A stretch of DNA of 39,819 nucleotides. Source: a virus (lineage: Duplodnaviria; Caudoviricetes). Below are positions 6,994 to 16,466 of this stretch, in pieces; positions within the stretch are counted from its first letter, which is position 1, and the number at the start of each line of letters is the position of its first letter. Location of the stretch: positions 1-39,819 of the IMG/VR virus record IMGVR_UViG_3300044641_002508; one strand, 5' to 3'. Position numbers and translations under genes: made by a program. Under the pieces are notes generated by a model. It did no database searches. It was not told the origin of the DNA and saw nothing but the letters and a program-made list of their open reading frames with translations.

Positions 6994-9900
6994 TTGCCCC
7001 CGACTCCTCGCGACCCAAAGAAGCCAGTCATCATCACCTCGGGGCCGGGCCGCCCTGCTCCGATCAAGAAGCAGCCACTCCCGGCTTACGGGCCGTACAA
7101 GTTGCCGCTTACGGATGTTGAGAAGCGCATCGTTATTAGGAAGCGTACTCCTAAGTATGTTGATACGCCGCAGGGGAGGATCGCTACTGGTGGTGGTGGC
7201 GTTGGATTCTTTACTAAGGGCGACAAGGGTGCGATCATGGGGCGCGTTCGTGAGCGCGCGATGGAGCGCGAGGAGGGGATTCGTGAGCGCGTTGAGAAGT
7301 CGCGTGCTGCCGCCGAGGAGAGTAGGCTGTCGCGTCCTGTTGACACTAGTGCCCTGAAGCGTGTTGTCAACGAGGAAAAGAAAAAGGCTGTTAACACTAA
7401 TTTCCTTGAGGGTCTTGCCGGTGAGATCGGCCTTGACGATTTCTACAGGGACAATGTTTTGCCAACAGTTGGGCGCGCTTTGGGTCAGGCTTTTGAGAAT
7501 GCTAAAGAAACGTATGGCGTTAGTCTTGTTTCTCCTCTGGTTGGCATTGGTCGTACTGTTGCTGATGCTGCGGGTGTTGAGGAGGAAATTGACGAGTCGT
7601 TTGATTACGCTGCTGAACTTGTCAAGGGCGGGGCTGGCATTGCGAAGACGCAGGGGTTTGATCGCGCTAAGCCGTATGTAAAGAGCGTTATCGATGGTGC
7701 TTCTCGTATTGGTAAGGGCAGCGTTGAGACGGTGGGCAAGGTCGATGATTTCTTGCAGACAGAGGTTCCTGTCTACGATTCGGTAAAGACGTGGACTGAT
7801 CGTAATGCGCTTCAGCCGTCGAAGGATGCTGCTGCCGAGGTTTTGTCTCGTGTTATTGATCAGCCGGTAAATCGTCGCATTGATGGTGCTGATGAGTTTG
7901 ATAGGAACTTTATTTATCAGGCTAATGATATTACGCAGCGAGGCATGGAGCGCGAGACAGCAGCGCCGCAGGAGCGTCGTGACGTTTGGGTTCAGATGGC
8001 GCTTGGTGAGTACGATGATCCTGCGTGGGAAGGATATAAGTCTCCGTTTACGCGCGAGCAGTTGAATCGTATGTCGGATTATGAGTTGGCGAATGCGGCA
8101 TATGGAACGCACACGAATGCCATTGCTTCGTTGTTTGAGGCTGCAAAGAATGATTTGAAGAAGATTGGCGCTATGCCCGCCGCCGTTGGTGCCTTGTCTC
8201 GCCAGATTCAGGATGCGAATGATAAGGGTGATTTCCGCGGACTGGGCAACATGGCTGAGTTCCTTGTCCGTCAGGGCTTGTCAAACATGGTTGCCTTGAG
8301 TCAGGCAAACCTGTATGTGATGACGGGCGGGAAGGCTGGTAATTATCAGGATCTTGTGCGTGCTCTGCAGGCCGAGCCTATTCTGACTGGGCTTGATACT
8401 GCTGCTACAGCAACGCTTTATGGCAAGGCGGCGACGTTTGGATTGAAGAGTGGAGGTGCCGTGTCTAAGGCTGGCGCTGCTGCTAGTCGCATTCCGGGTG
8501 CTGTTCCCGCTGGCCGTGTTATTGCTCGTGGTGCTGAGGCCGCTGCCGCTCGTCCTGTTGCTGGCGCTCCGCTTCGTGCTGCTGCTGCGACCGGGCGTGG
8601 TTTGCGTCGTATTGCTGATGTTGATGTGGTTGAGGTTCGCGATCCGGCAATGGCTGCAGTTGGGGATATTGCTGGCGCTACGGTTGGTGCTGATCGTACG
8701 TTCCGCCCGTCTTCCTCGTTCTTTTCTAAGTCGGCTTCGCTTTTGCGTAAGCGCCTATACGAGGGGAACAACCCCGTTTCGCGGGCTATCTACAAGCGCG
8801 GAGAAGTCGCTGACGCTAGCAAGTTTCGCGCTATCGCATCTGCTGTTGTGGAAGAGTTGGGAACTGAGCGTGCCGCTCCTGTCGTCAAGGCGTTCAAGGA
8901 GATCTTTGATGAGGATCCCAATGTTGCCTTGCGTGTTATGTGGGATCTCAGCGGTTCGGAATCGTTCAAGATGCCCGGGGGACTTGGCGGTCGGGTTGTC
9001 GATCTGACACCGGGTAAGCGCGCTGACGAGTTGGAGAGCGTACTTGCTGGGCAGTTGTGGGTTAGGCGTGCGGATAAGGGTGGTGATGATGCGTTTAGGT
9101 TTAGCGATGCTTCTCCGGGTGAGGGTTGGGTAAACGTTGTCGCGAAGAAGCCTAAGGGAATGCCCAAGGGCAGCGTTATCAAACTAAGTAAGATTGAGAA
9201 GACGAACATTGAGCAGAGCATTCTGCTTCTTCGCAAGATTGATGATCTTCCAGAGGATGTTGTTGCACGCGCTAAGGAGCGCCTTGACGCCCCGTATCGT
9301 GAACAGTTTGGCGAAACGATTGGTAAGCGGATTGGTGGGCGTAATGCTCCGGAGGGTTCGCTTACTGATGTTCTGCAGTTGCAGGAGTTGCAGAATATGC
9401 GGAGCCTTGACAGGCTTGGCGTGGGGATTGATCCGCGTGTTGCTGATATTTCTCCGGGTGTTCAGTCGCGTTTGTCTGAGCAGTTTGGTATTGGGAAGCC
9501 GACTGGTATTGGGCGTCGCGACATTGCTGGTGTTGCTCGTCTTCAGGATGAGACGATTGCTCGCCTAATGCCGCTGGTTGGTGACGAGTTTAGGGCTGAG
9601 GTTGAGCGCATCATTGGCGAGGAAAGGGTTAAGGCCGAGGGTAGGCTGCAGGATCTGCGCGACCAGATCCAACGTCAAGAGCGTGCTTCCGAAAATATTC
9701 AGGAGGCACAGAACACTATTGACGAATTGAATTTTGAGATTGATCAAATCAATCAGCGCCTTGGCGCATTGGATGCTGAAAGTCCTGATCGCGTTGCACT
9801 GACTACTCAAGAGGCAAGCGATCTGGCTGATGAGCACGTTGCCTTCTGGGATACATACCTTCAGGACTCTAAGTCTGCTTCTGCTGGTGTACGAAGCATC

Positions 9901-12900
9901 ATTGAGGAAGACCCATACATTGATCCTAAGGTCGTCCTAGGCGAAAAAACTGCTGACGCTACGGGTAGTAACACTGGTGGTTCTTCTGGGTTTTGGACAG
10001 GAACCGATGGTGTCAGGCGGTATGTCAAGGAATACGACGACCCCGGTCAAGCATTTGACGAGGTTATTGCCAATACGATTTATCGCGCTCTCGGAATTAG
10101 GGTTCCAGAAAGCAAACTTGTCAGGGGCGAGAACGGCGAAATCCTTGTCGCCAATACTATTGTCGATAACGTCACTAACCCATTCAACGCCAATTTTCTT
10201 GACGCGGAAGAAAAACTTCAAAATGCTGAAGCAATTCTTGACGGAATTGTCGCTGATATTTGGCTTGCAAACTGGGACGCAGTTGGTATTGGGGCAGAGA
10301 ATATTGGGAATACTGGAGTTGGGATTCCGTTCAGGCTTGACCAAGGCGGTTCGCTATTCCACCGTGCTCAAGGAGAACTTAAGCCAAGCGAGTCTCTTGA
10401 CAAGTTCGACATTGAGGATTTTGTAACGCAGAATCCCGAGTACGCTTCCGTCATCAAGGCTGCTGGTTTTGAGAATGTCAAGGATATTCCGGGGCTTAGT
10501 CAGCAGTTGTTTGAGATTATGAAAGTTGTCGATTCCTTTGATGGGATGGGCAACTTTGTGGACAAACTTCTTGAGCCGTTCAAGTTGAGCGACGAGAATG
10601 TTGGCCGCTATGTGAATGTTCTTTATAGGCGACTTGGGGAACTTAAGAAGCAAATTGATTTTGAATACGAAGATTACTTTTTTGATGTAAACGCTTCTAA
10701 GCAGTCGGTTAAGGAAGACCTTGTTTCTCAAACTGGTATTGATGATTTTGATTTCGCCAAGTCTTCTACTGACTACTACATGGGTACCGGATACGACGCC
10801 ATAAATACTGAACTCCGTGATGGCCTTGTTGAGCCGGGTAGTGTCATGGAAAAGAGGATCGCCGCAATTGATTCTCTTATTGAAAATTCTCCTGCGACGA
10901 CTAGCCCAATGGTTGTGTTCCGTGGAGCAAAGGGTCTTTACGATGAACTCGTTCCCGGAGACACCATTGTTGATAATGGTTTTATTTCTACTGGGTTGGA
11001 AATTACTACCCCTGAATGGTTTGGCGGGGTTGACTATAGCCGCGGTGTTTTGCTTGAGGTCTATGTACCCGAGGGAACGAAGGGTCTTTACGGTAATGCT
11101 ATTAGGTATGCCGAAAGCACTCAGGATTCGAAACAGGGACTTAGCCCCAATGATTGGGGTTATTCGGAGAACGAATTTATTCTTCCTCGCGGTACCGAGT
11201 TTTACGTTATTGATGTAAACAATTATGCGAGCGGAGCAAAGATTGCTCGTGTTTACGCGATTACTCCCGGAAGCAAGTTTTCAATTGAAGACATTCCCGA
11301 GTTTGGTGGCACGAAGCAGAAGGCCATTCTTAGCGATCGTCAGGATATCAATACAGCGGACATTCAGGGTCTTGAGTCCGATATTGCTGAGTACTCCAAG
11401 CAGGCTGATCTTCTCCCGGAGACAAGGAAGGCGTACGAGGAAGCGCAGAAAGACTATGAGTCTATTCTTGCTGCGCAAAATGATATTGACATGATCGCTG
11501 AATCGCTTATGCGTGACGTGATTGAATCTGGCGCAATCCCGACGGGGGCTCGTGTGCATATCCCAACACTTGGTAGTCCTAAGGGCGCTAAGAAGACGGT
11601 GCTTCCTAAGGAGGCGCTTGCTGGTCGTGGTCGTCCTCGCGACATGCTCAATATTTATACGGGTCAGTTTGCTTTGCTTGGTTCGGTTGAGGATCTTGAG
11701 CGCTTCTCTGGCGCCCTTGCTCGTAATCTTCGCATTCCGTTTATTGCGTTTGAGTCGGTTACGCGCTTTACGGATTACTTGATGCGTACTGGTACGACGA
11801 TTAAGTTTGCTGACGATAAGGCTACGTTTAAGCAGCAGAAGGCCGAACTTATTGAGGCTGGGATTATCAACGGCAATGGCGAACTTGGTTCTGATTATGT
11901 TGTTCTTCCGGTTAATGAGCAGACTGGTTTTCTTGACGCTGATTCTTTTGCAAAACTTGACTTCAAGAAGGCTGAGGAGGTTGGCACAAAGGGGCGTAGT
12001 GACGCTGGCATTGATGACGCTCAGATTGCTGTGATCTTTGAGAAGGCCCTAGACGATAATGCGTTTGACAATCTTGATTCGATTGAGCGTGGAAGTAGGG
12101 TTGTCATCGTCAGCAAGAAGCGCCTTGAGTCTTTGAAAAACGAGATGGCTGCTGCCGCTAAGTCCCCGGGTCTGCTTAGGCGCATCACTCGTCAGTGGGT
12201 TCGCTTTACTCTTACGACTCTTCCTCGTACTCCGATTGCAAATATTGCTGGCTCTGGTTTGTTGTCTGCTCTTGGTGGTGGACTTGGCGGGTACCCGGAG
12301 GCAATGCGTATGTTGCGTCGTGGTCAGGCTCCGCCGGAACTTTTGAACAATGGTTTGGCTGGTTCGTTTGACGAGGGTGGCGATCTTGTTATTGCTCCTG
12401 AGCGTGGCGCTAAGTTCCGTGGCGCTCAGCGTTACATGAACTACATCTATTACTACAACGTAATGGGTGAGGATCTTGCTCGCTTGTCGGTATTCATGCA
12501 GGCCATGAAGCGCGGCCTGAAGGATCCGAAGGCTCGCGCCAAGATTGATGCTGAACTCAAGGAGGTAATGGATCTTAATGATTCGTTCCAGACGCTTCTT
12601 GAGGCTGTCTCTCGTGGAGAGTTTGCGAATGGTAGGGCGCTTACTCCGGAGTTGGTCAGGATTAGGGATAACGCTCTGCAGAAGGCTGAGGATTTTCTTG
12701 GCGGCGCTCGCGGTTTGACGAGTCGTCAGCGTCTCGTAACTACGGCTGTTCCGTTCTGGATGTGGTACAAGCACATCTTCAAGTTGTACTTCTACACGCT
12801 TCCGTTCAAGTATCCGGGCCGCGCGTTGACGCTGAATGCTATGGCTCGTCTTGGTGCTGAGGAGTCTGCTCGTAATGGCTTCTACGATTCGTTCTACGAG

Positions 12901-13515
12901 GATGCGATCAAGGTCGGCGAGGAGGCGTTTGGTAGCAACATCTACTCTAAGGGTCTGGCTACTAATATCTTCCCGTTCAACTTTGGTGGCGCACTTGAGT
13001 ACGACGAGGGCGCTCCGGGTGTCCAGTTTGCGCTGTCTAACATTGCCCCGACTATTACTGTTCCTGCTCGCCTTGCTGGCATTGGTATTCCGGGCGCTCC
13101 GATTATCGGTGCGGGCGGTGAGCGTTTGCGCCCCGGTGATGTGTTCGCCCCGGGGTATGCGGAGGCTGGCGTGGCTGAGGCTGAGAAGTTGCTTGCTCCG
13201 CTTGGGTTGGCACAGAGCACGCTTGCTCCTAGGTCTAGCCTTATCTTTAATGCGTATCGCCTTGCTTCTGGGCAGCCGTTGCCTAGGGCTGAGCAGCGCG
13301 GTGAGGGCGAGCAGTACGCTGTCACTCCGCGTGGCGCTGCTGGGCTTGGGTTGCCGCAATCTGTGCTTGATATGTTCATGCGTAGTTTTGGTTTGAGTGT
13401 TGTTCGTACTCCTGTCCGTGGCCCTGTTGCCGAGCGGCGTATCATCGATGAGCAGGCGCGCCTTGCGGAAGAGGCGCGTAAGCGCTATCGCGAGAGCCTT
13501 GGGTTAGACTACTAG
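6994..13515 (+). CDS. Large internal virion/ejection protein with inserted HipA/PI-kinase-like and ADP-ribosyltransferase domains
   Basis: TTG at 6994 directly follows the upstream stop (the ORF is open from 6955). Size and position match podovirus large ejection proteins. Kinase motifs at ~9964-10385 and ART motifs at ~10774-11270. Confidence 0.8.
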   Translation: MPPTPRDPKKPVIITSGPGRPAPIKKQPLPAYGPYKLPLTDVEKRIVIRKRTPKYVDTPQGRIATGGGGVGFFTKGDKGAIMGRVRERAMEREEGIRERVEKSRAAAEESRLSRPVDTSALKRVVNEEKKKAVNTNFLEGLAGEIGLDDFYRDNVLPTVGRALGQAFENAKETYGVSLVSPLVGIGRTVADAAGVEEEIDESFDYAAELVKGGAGIAKTQGFDRAKPYVKSVIDGASRIGKGSVETVGKVDDFLQTEVPVYDSVKTWTDRNALQPSKDAAAEVLSRVIDQPVNRRIDGADEFDRNFIYQANDITQRGMERETAAPQERRDVWVQMALGEYDDPAWEGYKSPFTREQLNRMSDYELANAAYGTHTNAIASLFEAAKNDLKKIGAMPAAVGALSRQIQDANDKGDFRGLGNMAEFLVRQGLSNMVALSQANLYVMTGGKAGNYQDLVRALQAEPILTGLDTAATATLYGKAATFGLKSGGAVSKAGAAASRIPGAVPAGRVIARGAEAAAARPVAGAPLRAAAATGRGLRRIADVDVVEVRDPAMAAVGDIAGATVGADRTFRPSSSFFSKSASLLRKRLYEGNNPVSRAIYKRGEVADASKFRAIASAVVEELGTERAAPVVKAFKEIFDEDPNVALRVMWDLSGSESFKMPGGLGGRVVDLTPGKRADELESVLAGQLWVRRADKGGDDAFRFSDASPGEGWVNVVAKKPKGMPKGSVIKLSKIEKTNIEQSILLLRKIDDLPEDVVARAKERLDAPYREQFGETIGKRIGGRNAPEGSLTDVLQLQELQNMRSLDRLGVGIDPRVADISPGVQSRLSEQFGIGKPTGIGRRDIAGVARLQDETIARLMPLVGDEFRAEVERIIGEERVKAEGRLQDLRDQIQRQERASENIQEAQNTIDELNFEIDQINQRLGALDAESPDRVALTTQEASDLADEHVAFWDTYLQDSKSASAGVRSIIEEDPYIDPKVVLGEKTADATGSNTGGSSGFWTGTDGVRRYVKEYDDPGQAFDEVIANTIYRALGIRVPESKLVRGENGEILVANTIVDNVTNPFNANFLDAEEKLQNAEAILDGIVADIWLANWDAVGIGAENIGNTGVGIPFRLDQGGSLFHRAQGELKPSESLDKFDIEDFVTQNPEYASVIKAAGFENVKDIPGLSQQLFEIMKVVDSFDGMGNFVDKLLEPFKLSDENVGRYVNVLYRRLGELKKQIDFEYEDYFFDVNASKQSVKEDLVSQTGIDDFDFAKSSTDYYMGTGYDAINTELRDGLVEPGSVMEKRIAAIDSLIENSPATTSPMVVFRGAKGLYDELVPGDTIVDNGFISTGLEITTPEWFGGVDYSRGVLLEVYVPEGTKGLYGNAIRYAESTQDSKQGLSPNDWGYSENEFILPRGTEFYVIDVNNYASGAKIARVYAITPGSKFSIEDIPEFGGTKQKAILSDRQDINTADIQGLESDIAEYSKQADLLPETRKAYEEAQKDYESILAAQNDIDMIAESLMRDVIESGAIPTGARVHIPTLGSPKGAKKTVLPKEALAGRGRPRDMLNIYTGQFALLGSVEDLERFSGALARNLRIPFIAFESVTRFTDYLMRTGTTIKFADDKATFKQQKAELIEAGIINGNGELGSDYVVLPVNEQTGFLDADSFAKLDFKKAEEVGTKGRSDAGIDDAQIAVIFEKALDDNAFDNLDSIERGSRVVIVSKKRLESLKNEMAAAAKSPGLLRRITRQWVRFTLTTLPRTPIANIAGSGLLSALGGGLGGYPEAMRMLRRGQAPPELLNNGLAGSFDEGGDLVIAPERGAKFRGAQRYMNYIYYYNVMGEDLARLSVFMQAMKRGLKDPKARAKIDAELKEVMDLNDSFQTLLEAVSRGEFANGRALTPELVRIRDNALQKAEDFLGGARGLTSRQRLVTTAVPFWMWYKHIFKLYFYTLPFKYPGRALTLNAMARLGAEESARNGFYDSFYEDAIKVGEEAFGSNIYSKGLATNIFPFNFGGALEYDEGAPGVQFALSNIAPTITVPARLAGIGIPGAPIIGAGGERLRPGDVFAPGYAEAGVAEAEKLLAPLGLAQSTLAPRSSLIFNAYRLASGQPLPRAEQRGEGEQYAVTPRGAAGLGLPQSVLDMFMRSFGLSVVRTPVRGPVAERRIIDEQARLAEEARKRYRESLGLDY
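9964..10385 (+). other. HipA/PI3-PI4-kinase-like domain within large virion protein
   Basis: Gly-rich GSNTGG, YVK (ATP Lys), DEVIAN.IY.ALG..VP, ADIWLANWD.....EN, RLDQGGSL. Confidence 0.65.
10774..11270 (+). other. ADP-ribosyltransferase domain (VIP2/C2/iota-like, R-S-ExE)
   Basis: Y....Y..IN..LR, VVFRG, DNGFIST, LLEVYVPEGTKG, SENEFILPRG. Confidence 0.9.
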
Positions 13516-13516
13516 C

Positions 13517-14101
13517 ATGGCGTCTTACTTCAGCGACATTGCTCCGACTCTTGCTAAGCGCAGCAAGTTGAACATTCGTCTTCCACTAAAGGATGACGCT
13601 GCCAGTCGTGCAGTTGTGGTTCCTAGTGATCCGCGGTTTGATGCTAATGCCGGGTCGGCTCCCGTTGGCATGCAGTACGGTGGTGCGCAGGACGGTCGCG
13701 TATTCAATATTGGCGGCTACCCGGTATCCGTGAAGGGGAAGATTATTGGGAATCCGGGCGCGGGGACGCACAGTATGGGCAACTGGGAATCTGATAACGC
13801 CATTGATATCTCAACTAAGGATGGGACTCCGATCCTTGCTACGCAGGACGGGACTATCTCTAAGACGTTTGCTAGCAGCATGGATCCGAAAAGTCGGATG
13901 GCTGGCATTCAGGTTCACTTTAACACTGGTGATAACGAGTGGTTCTATACGCACTTGTCTCGCCTCGCTGGTGGTATCAAGGCCGGTACAAAAGTGAAGA
14001 AGGGGCAGGTCATTGGTTACAGCGGTAGCGCTAACGGCGTTGGCCATCTCCATCTTGGTGTGAAGAACGGCAATCCCCTTGACTTGTTGGGGCTACGGTG
14101 A
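13517..14101 (+). CDS. M23 family peptidase (virion-associated wall hydrolase)
   Basis: AIDI....GTPILA..DG, FYTHL, G.KVKKGQVIGYSG, HLHLG..NG.P. Confidence 0.85.
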   Translation: MASYFSDIAPTLAKRSKLNIRLPLKDDAASRAVVVPSDPRFDANAGSAPVGMQYGGAQDGRVFNIGGYPVSVKGKIIGNPGAGTHSMGNWESDNAIDISTKDGTPILATQDGTISKTFASSMDPKSRMAGIQVHFNTGDNEWFYTHLSRLAGGIKAGTKVKKGQVIGYSGSANGVGHLHLGVKNGNPLDLLGLR

Positions 14102-14334
14102 GCGACGATAACGTTAGCATCATCCTCCATCGCCTTGAAGAGATGGATAAGAGACTCTGCCAGATTCATGCAGAAGTGAAGAAGACTAATGGTCGTGTAA
14201 CTTCGCTGGAAATGGAGAATGCTAAGTGGAGGGGATTTGCTGAGGGGCGTCGTATTCATGGTATGATCGCGGCCAGTGTTATTAGTGGCGGAATCCTTGC
14301 TGCTACTATCTGGTTTGTTACTACTGCTATCTAG
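14098..14334 (+). CDS. Membrane protein, holin/XhlA-like
   Basis: Coiled coil with KKTNGRVTSLE plus a C-terminal TM helix; directly before the endolysin. Confidence 0.6.
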   Translation: MSDDNVSIILHRLEEMDKRLCQIHAEVKKTNGRVTSLEMENAKWRGFAEGRRIHGMIAASVISGGILAATIWFVTTAI

Positions 14335-14355
14335 TACACCCTAACTGGAGAAGAG

Positions 14356-15090
14356 ATGCGTACTCTCACTTTGACTTCGCCCGTCATGCGCGGCGAGGAT
14401 GTTCGCACAGCACAGCGCAGGCTAAATAACTTTGGCTGTTTTGCTGGTGCTGAGGATGGGATTTTTGGTGAGCAGACCGCTCGCGCTTGTTCGCAGGCTA
14501 AGTGGATCCTTGGTTATGCGAACAAGGATGTGAAGCCTATCTATGGCGACACGCTAAACGATTACTTGCTTGGCTTGAAGAAGCCGAATCTTGTTATGCG
14601 TCAGCGTGCGAAGAGCCGGTCGAATGGCAAGACGCTTGGCGAGAAGGCGCTGAAGATTGGGCGTGGCTTTGTCGGTGTGAAGGAAGATCCGCCGAACTCT
14701 AATCGTGTGATGTTCTCAGAGTGGTACGGAATCATTGGCCCTTGGTGCATGATGTTTGTTACCTATTGTTTTGTGCGGGCGGGTAGCAAGGCATTCAAGC
14801 GTGGTGAGAAATGGGCGTACTGCCCGTTCGCTGTGGATGACGCGCGTGCGCAGAAGGGGACGAGCATTGTCGCGCGTGGCCAAGAGCGCAGTGGCGACAT
14901 CGTGTTCTTTTCTTGGAAGCGTGATGGTGTTGCGAACCATGTCGGCATCCTTATCAGCGTGAATAAGAATGGGACTATTCTTACGCTTGAGGGTAATACC
15001 AGCACGGGAGATGACTCTGATGGCGGAGAGGTGCAGGTGCGCACCCGCGACGTTGCGGATGTTCTCTGCTACGTCAGGGCGGTCATCTGA
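14356..15090 (+). CDS. Endolysin: peptidoglycan-binding + CHAP domain
   Basis: GEDVRTAQRRL..DGIFGEQT binding motif; PWCMMFV, GDIVFF, NHVGI, LEGNTS catalytic motifs. Confidence 0.9.
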   Translation: MRTLTLTSPVMRGEDVRTAQRRLNNFGCFAGAEDGIFGEQTARACSQAKWILGYANKDVKPIYGDTLNDYLLGLKKPNLVMRQRAKSRSNGKTLGEKALKIGRGFVGVKEDPPNSNRVMFSEWYGIIGPWCMMFVTYCFVRAGSKAFKRGEKWAYCPFAVDDARAQKGTSIVARGQERSGDIVFFSWKRDGVANHVGILISVNKNGTILTLEGNTSTGDDSDGGEVQVRTRDVADVLCYVRAVI

Positions 15091-15989
15091 TGCGACTCAT
15101 CAAGGTACGCGAGGACTTCTCTAAGACTGTCCCGCATGTAAACCTGTATCCGATTGGCGATACGCACCTTGGTGCCATCGACACGGACGAGGCTACGCTC
15201 CGCGCCGACATCAAGAAGATCGCCGACGATCCGTTCGCCCGCATCATCTTCATGGGCGACTGTGGTGACTGCATCACTCATCGCGACCCGCGCTTTGCGG
15301 CTGGCATGTGGGCGCAGCGCTACATCGAAGCGATGCACCATGAGGGTGGCGTTATCACTGAGACGGTTGAGCACGTCGCAGAGTTGTTCGATCCGGTTCG
15401 GTATAAGATCTGGGCTTGGCTTTCGGGCAACCATGAGCGCACGATCCGTAAGCACACTGATCGCGAGATCGGCAACGAGATCTGCGCTCTGCTTGGTATC
15501 CAGTCGAAGTACCTTGGGTACGGCGGATTCGTCCGGGTGGAGTGGCATCGCTCGTCTACGAACTCTGGGCCGCAGGCTGTCACCGTGATCGACGCTATGC
15601 ATGGTTGGCAGGGTGGCCGCAGGTCTGGTGCGAAGTTGAACCAGATGGAAGTAGAGTTGTCTTACACTGATGCTGACATGATCCTGCGCGGTCATTCGCA
15701 TGATCGTGTTGCTCAGGTGATCCAGTCGTTGCGTGTTGCGCGTGGTGGTGTGCAGGATTGGCCTCGCGTCATCGCCCACACTGGAACGTACAAGCAGGGC
15801 TGGGTCGATACTGGCAATGATGAGACGCACGATACTTGGGAGGAGACCAAGGGTTTCCGCAAGCGCGGATCTGCGACTACTGGCCCCCCGGTCATCACGA
15901 TTATCCCGACCCTTTCTCTTGATCGCCCTAGCCGTGTGCGCGAAGGCGGTACACTTAATGCAAGCGTCAACTACGAAGTGAGGATCTAA
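15090..15989 (+). CDS. Calcineurin-like metallophosphoesterase
   Basis: GDTHLG, MGD, GNHE, HG and GHSH motifs. Confidence 0.88.
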   Translation: MRLIKVREDFSKTVPHVNLYPIGDTHLGAIDTDEATLRADIKKIADDPFARIIFMGDCGDCITHRDPRFAAGMWAQRYIEAMHHEGGVITETVEHVAELFDPVRYKIWAWLSGNHERTIRKHTDREIGNEICALLGIQSKYLGYGGFVRVEWHRSSTNSGPQAVTVIDAMHGWQGGRRSGAKLNQMEVELSYTDADMILRGHSHDRVAQVIQSLRVARGGVQDWPRVIAHTGTYKQGWVDTGNDETHDTWEETKGFRKRGSATTGPPVITIIPTLSLDRPSRVREGGTLNASVNYEVRI

Positions 15990-15990
15990 A

Positions 15991-16173
15991 GTGAATCTCA
16001 ATCCTAAGATTGCGTCGGCTGGTATTGCCGGTGCGCTGACCGTTGTACTGATGTGGTGCGCCAGCCTGTTCGGGCTTGAGATTCCTGCTGAAGTCGCGTC
16101 GGCTATCACCATCATCATCGCGTTCGCTGCTGGGTACATTCGCCCGCAGGGTTCGTGGTCGCCGCGTGACTAG
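15991..16173 (+). CDS. Putative holin (two TM helices)
   Basis: 60 aa, two hydrophobic segments split by IPAEV; lysis context. Confidence 0.7.
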   Translation: MNLNPKIASAGIAGALTVVLMWCASLFGLEIPAEVASAITIIIAFAAGYIRPQGSWSPRD

Positions 16174-16378
16174 CGGTTTCCTCTACCGGCTCAACAAGCA
16201 GATCCTTCAAGCGCGAGAGCGCGTCATCAGCGGCCAGTTGTGGGCTGCCGATGACGCGCTCCGTGAGATCCAGCGTCAGATCAGTAGGGAACTATACGGT
16301 GATGTTGAGCAGGCTCCGCGTCAGCGACTGGTCAGTCGTGGAATGCATCGCAGCCGCAAGCCTCGCACGGGGGAGTAA
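16166..16378 (+). CDS. Hypothetical protein
   Basis: GTG start overlaps the holin end; 3' end overlaps a convergent minus-strand ORF. Confidence 0.4.
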   Translation: MTSGFLYRLNKQILQARERVISGQLWAADDALREIQRQISRELYGDVEQAPRQRLVSRGMHRSRKPRTGE

Positions 16379-16466
16379 CTCCGACTCGCTGCCAGCAGGG
16401 GTATTCGCAGTCTTCGTCGCAGACGCAGTGCGGCGTGCTGATCTTGCCGTCCTTGTGCGGGGTCAT
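16332..16466 (-). CDS. 44-aa Cys/His-rich mini-protein
   Basis: ATGA-coupled to 16463-16849; MTPHKDGKISTPHCVCDEDCEYPCWQRVGVTPPCEACGCDAFHD. Below the ORF-track size cutoff. Confidence 0.6.
   Translation of the reverse strand: MTPHKDGKISTPHCVCDEDCEYPCWQRVGVTPPCEACGCDAFHD

Noticed and set aside
5961-13359. Long antisense ORFs (5961-7067, 6928-8112, 12049-13359; also 15069-16139, 33269-34177, 34180-35325)
   Set aside because: Shadow frames of codon-biased real genes; the translations are implausible.
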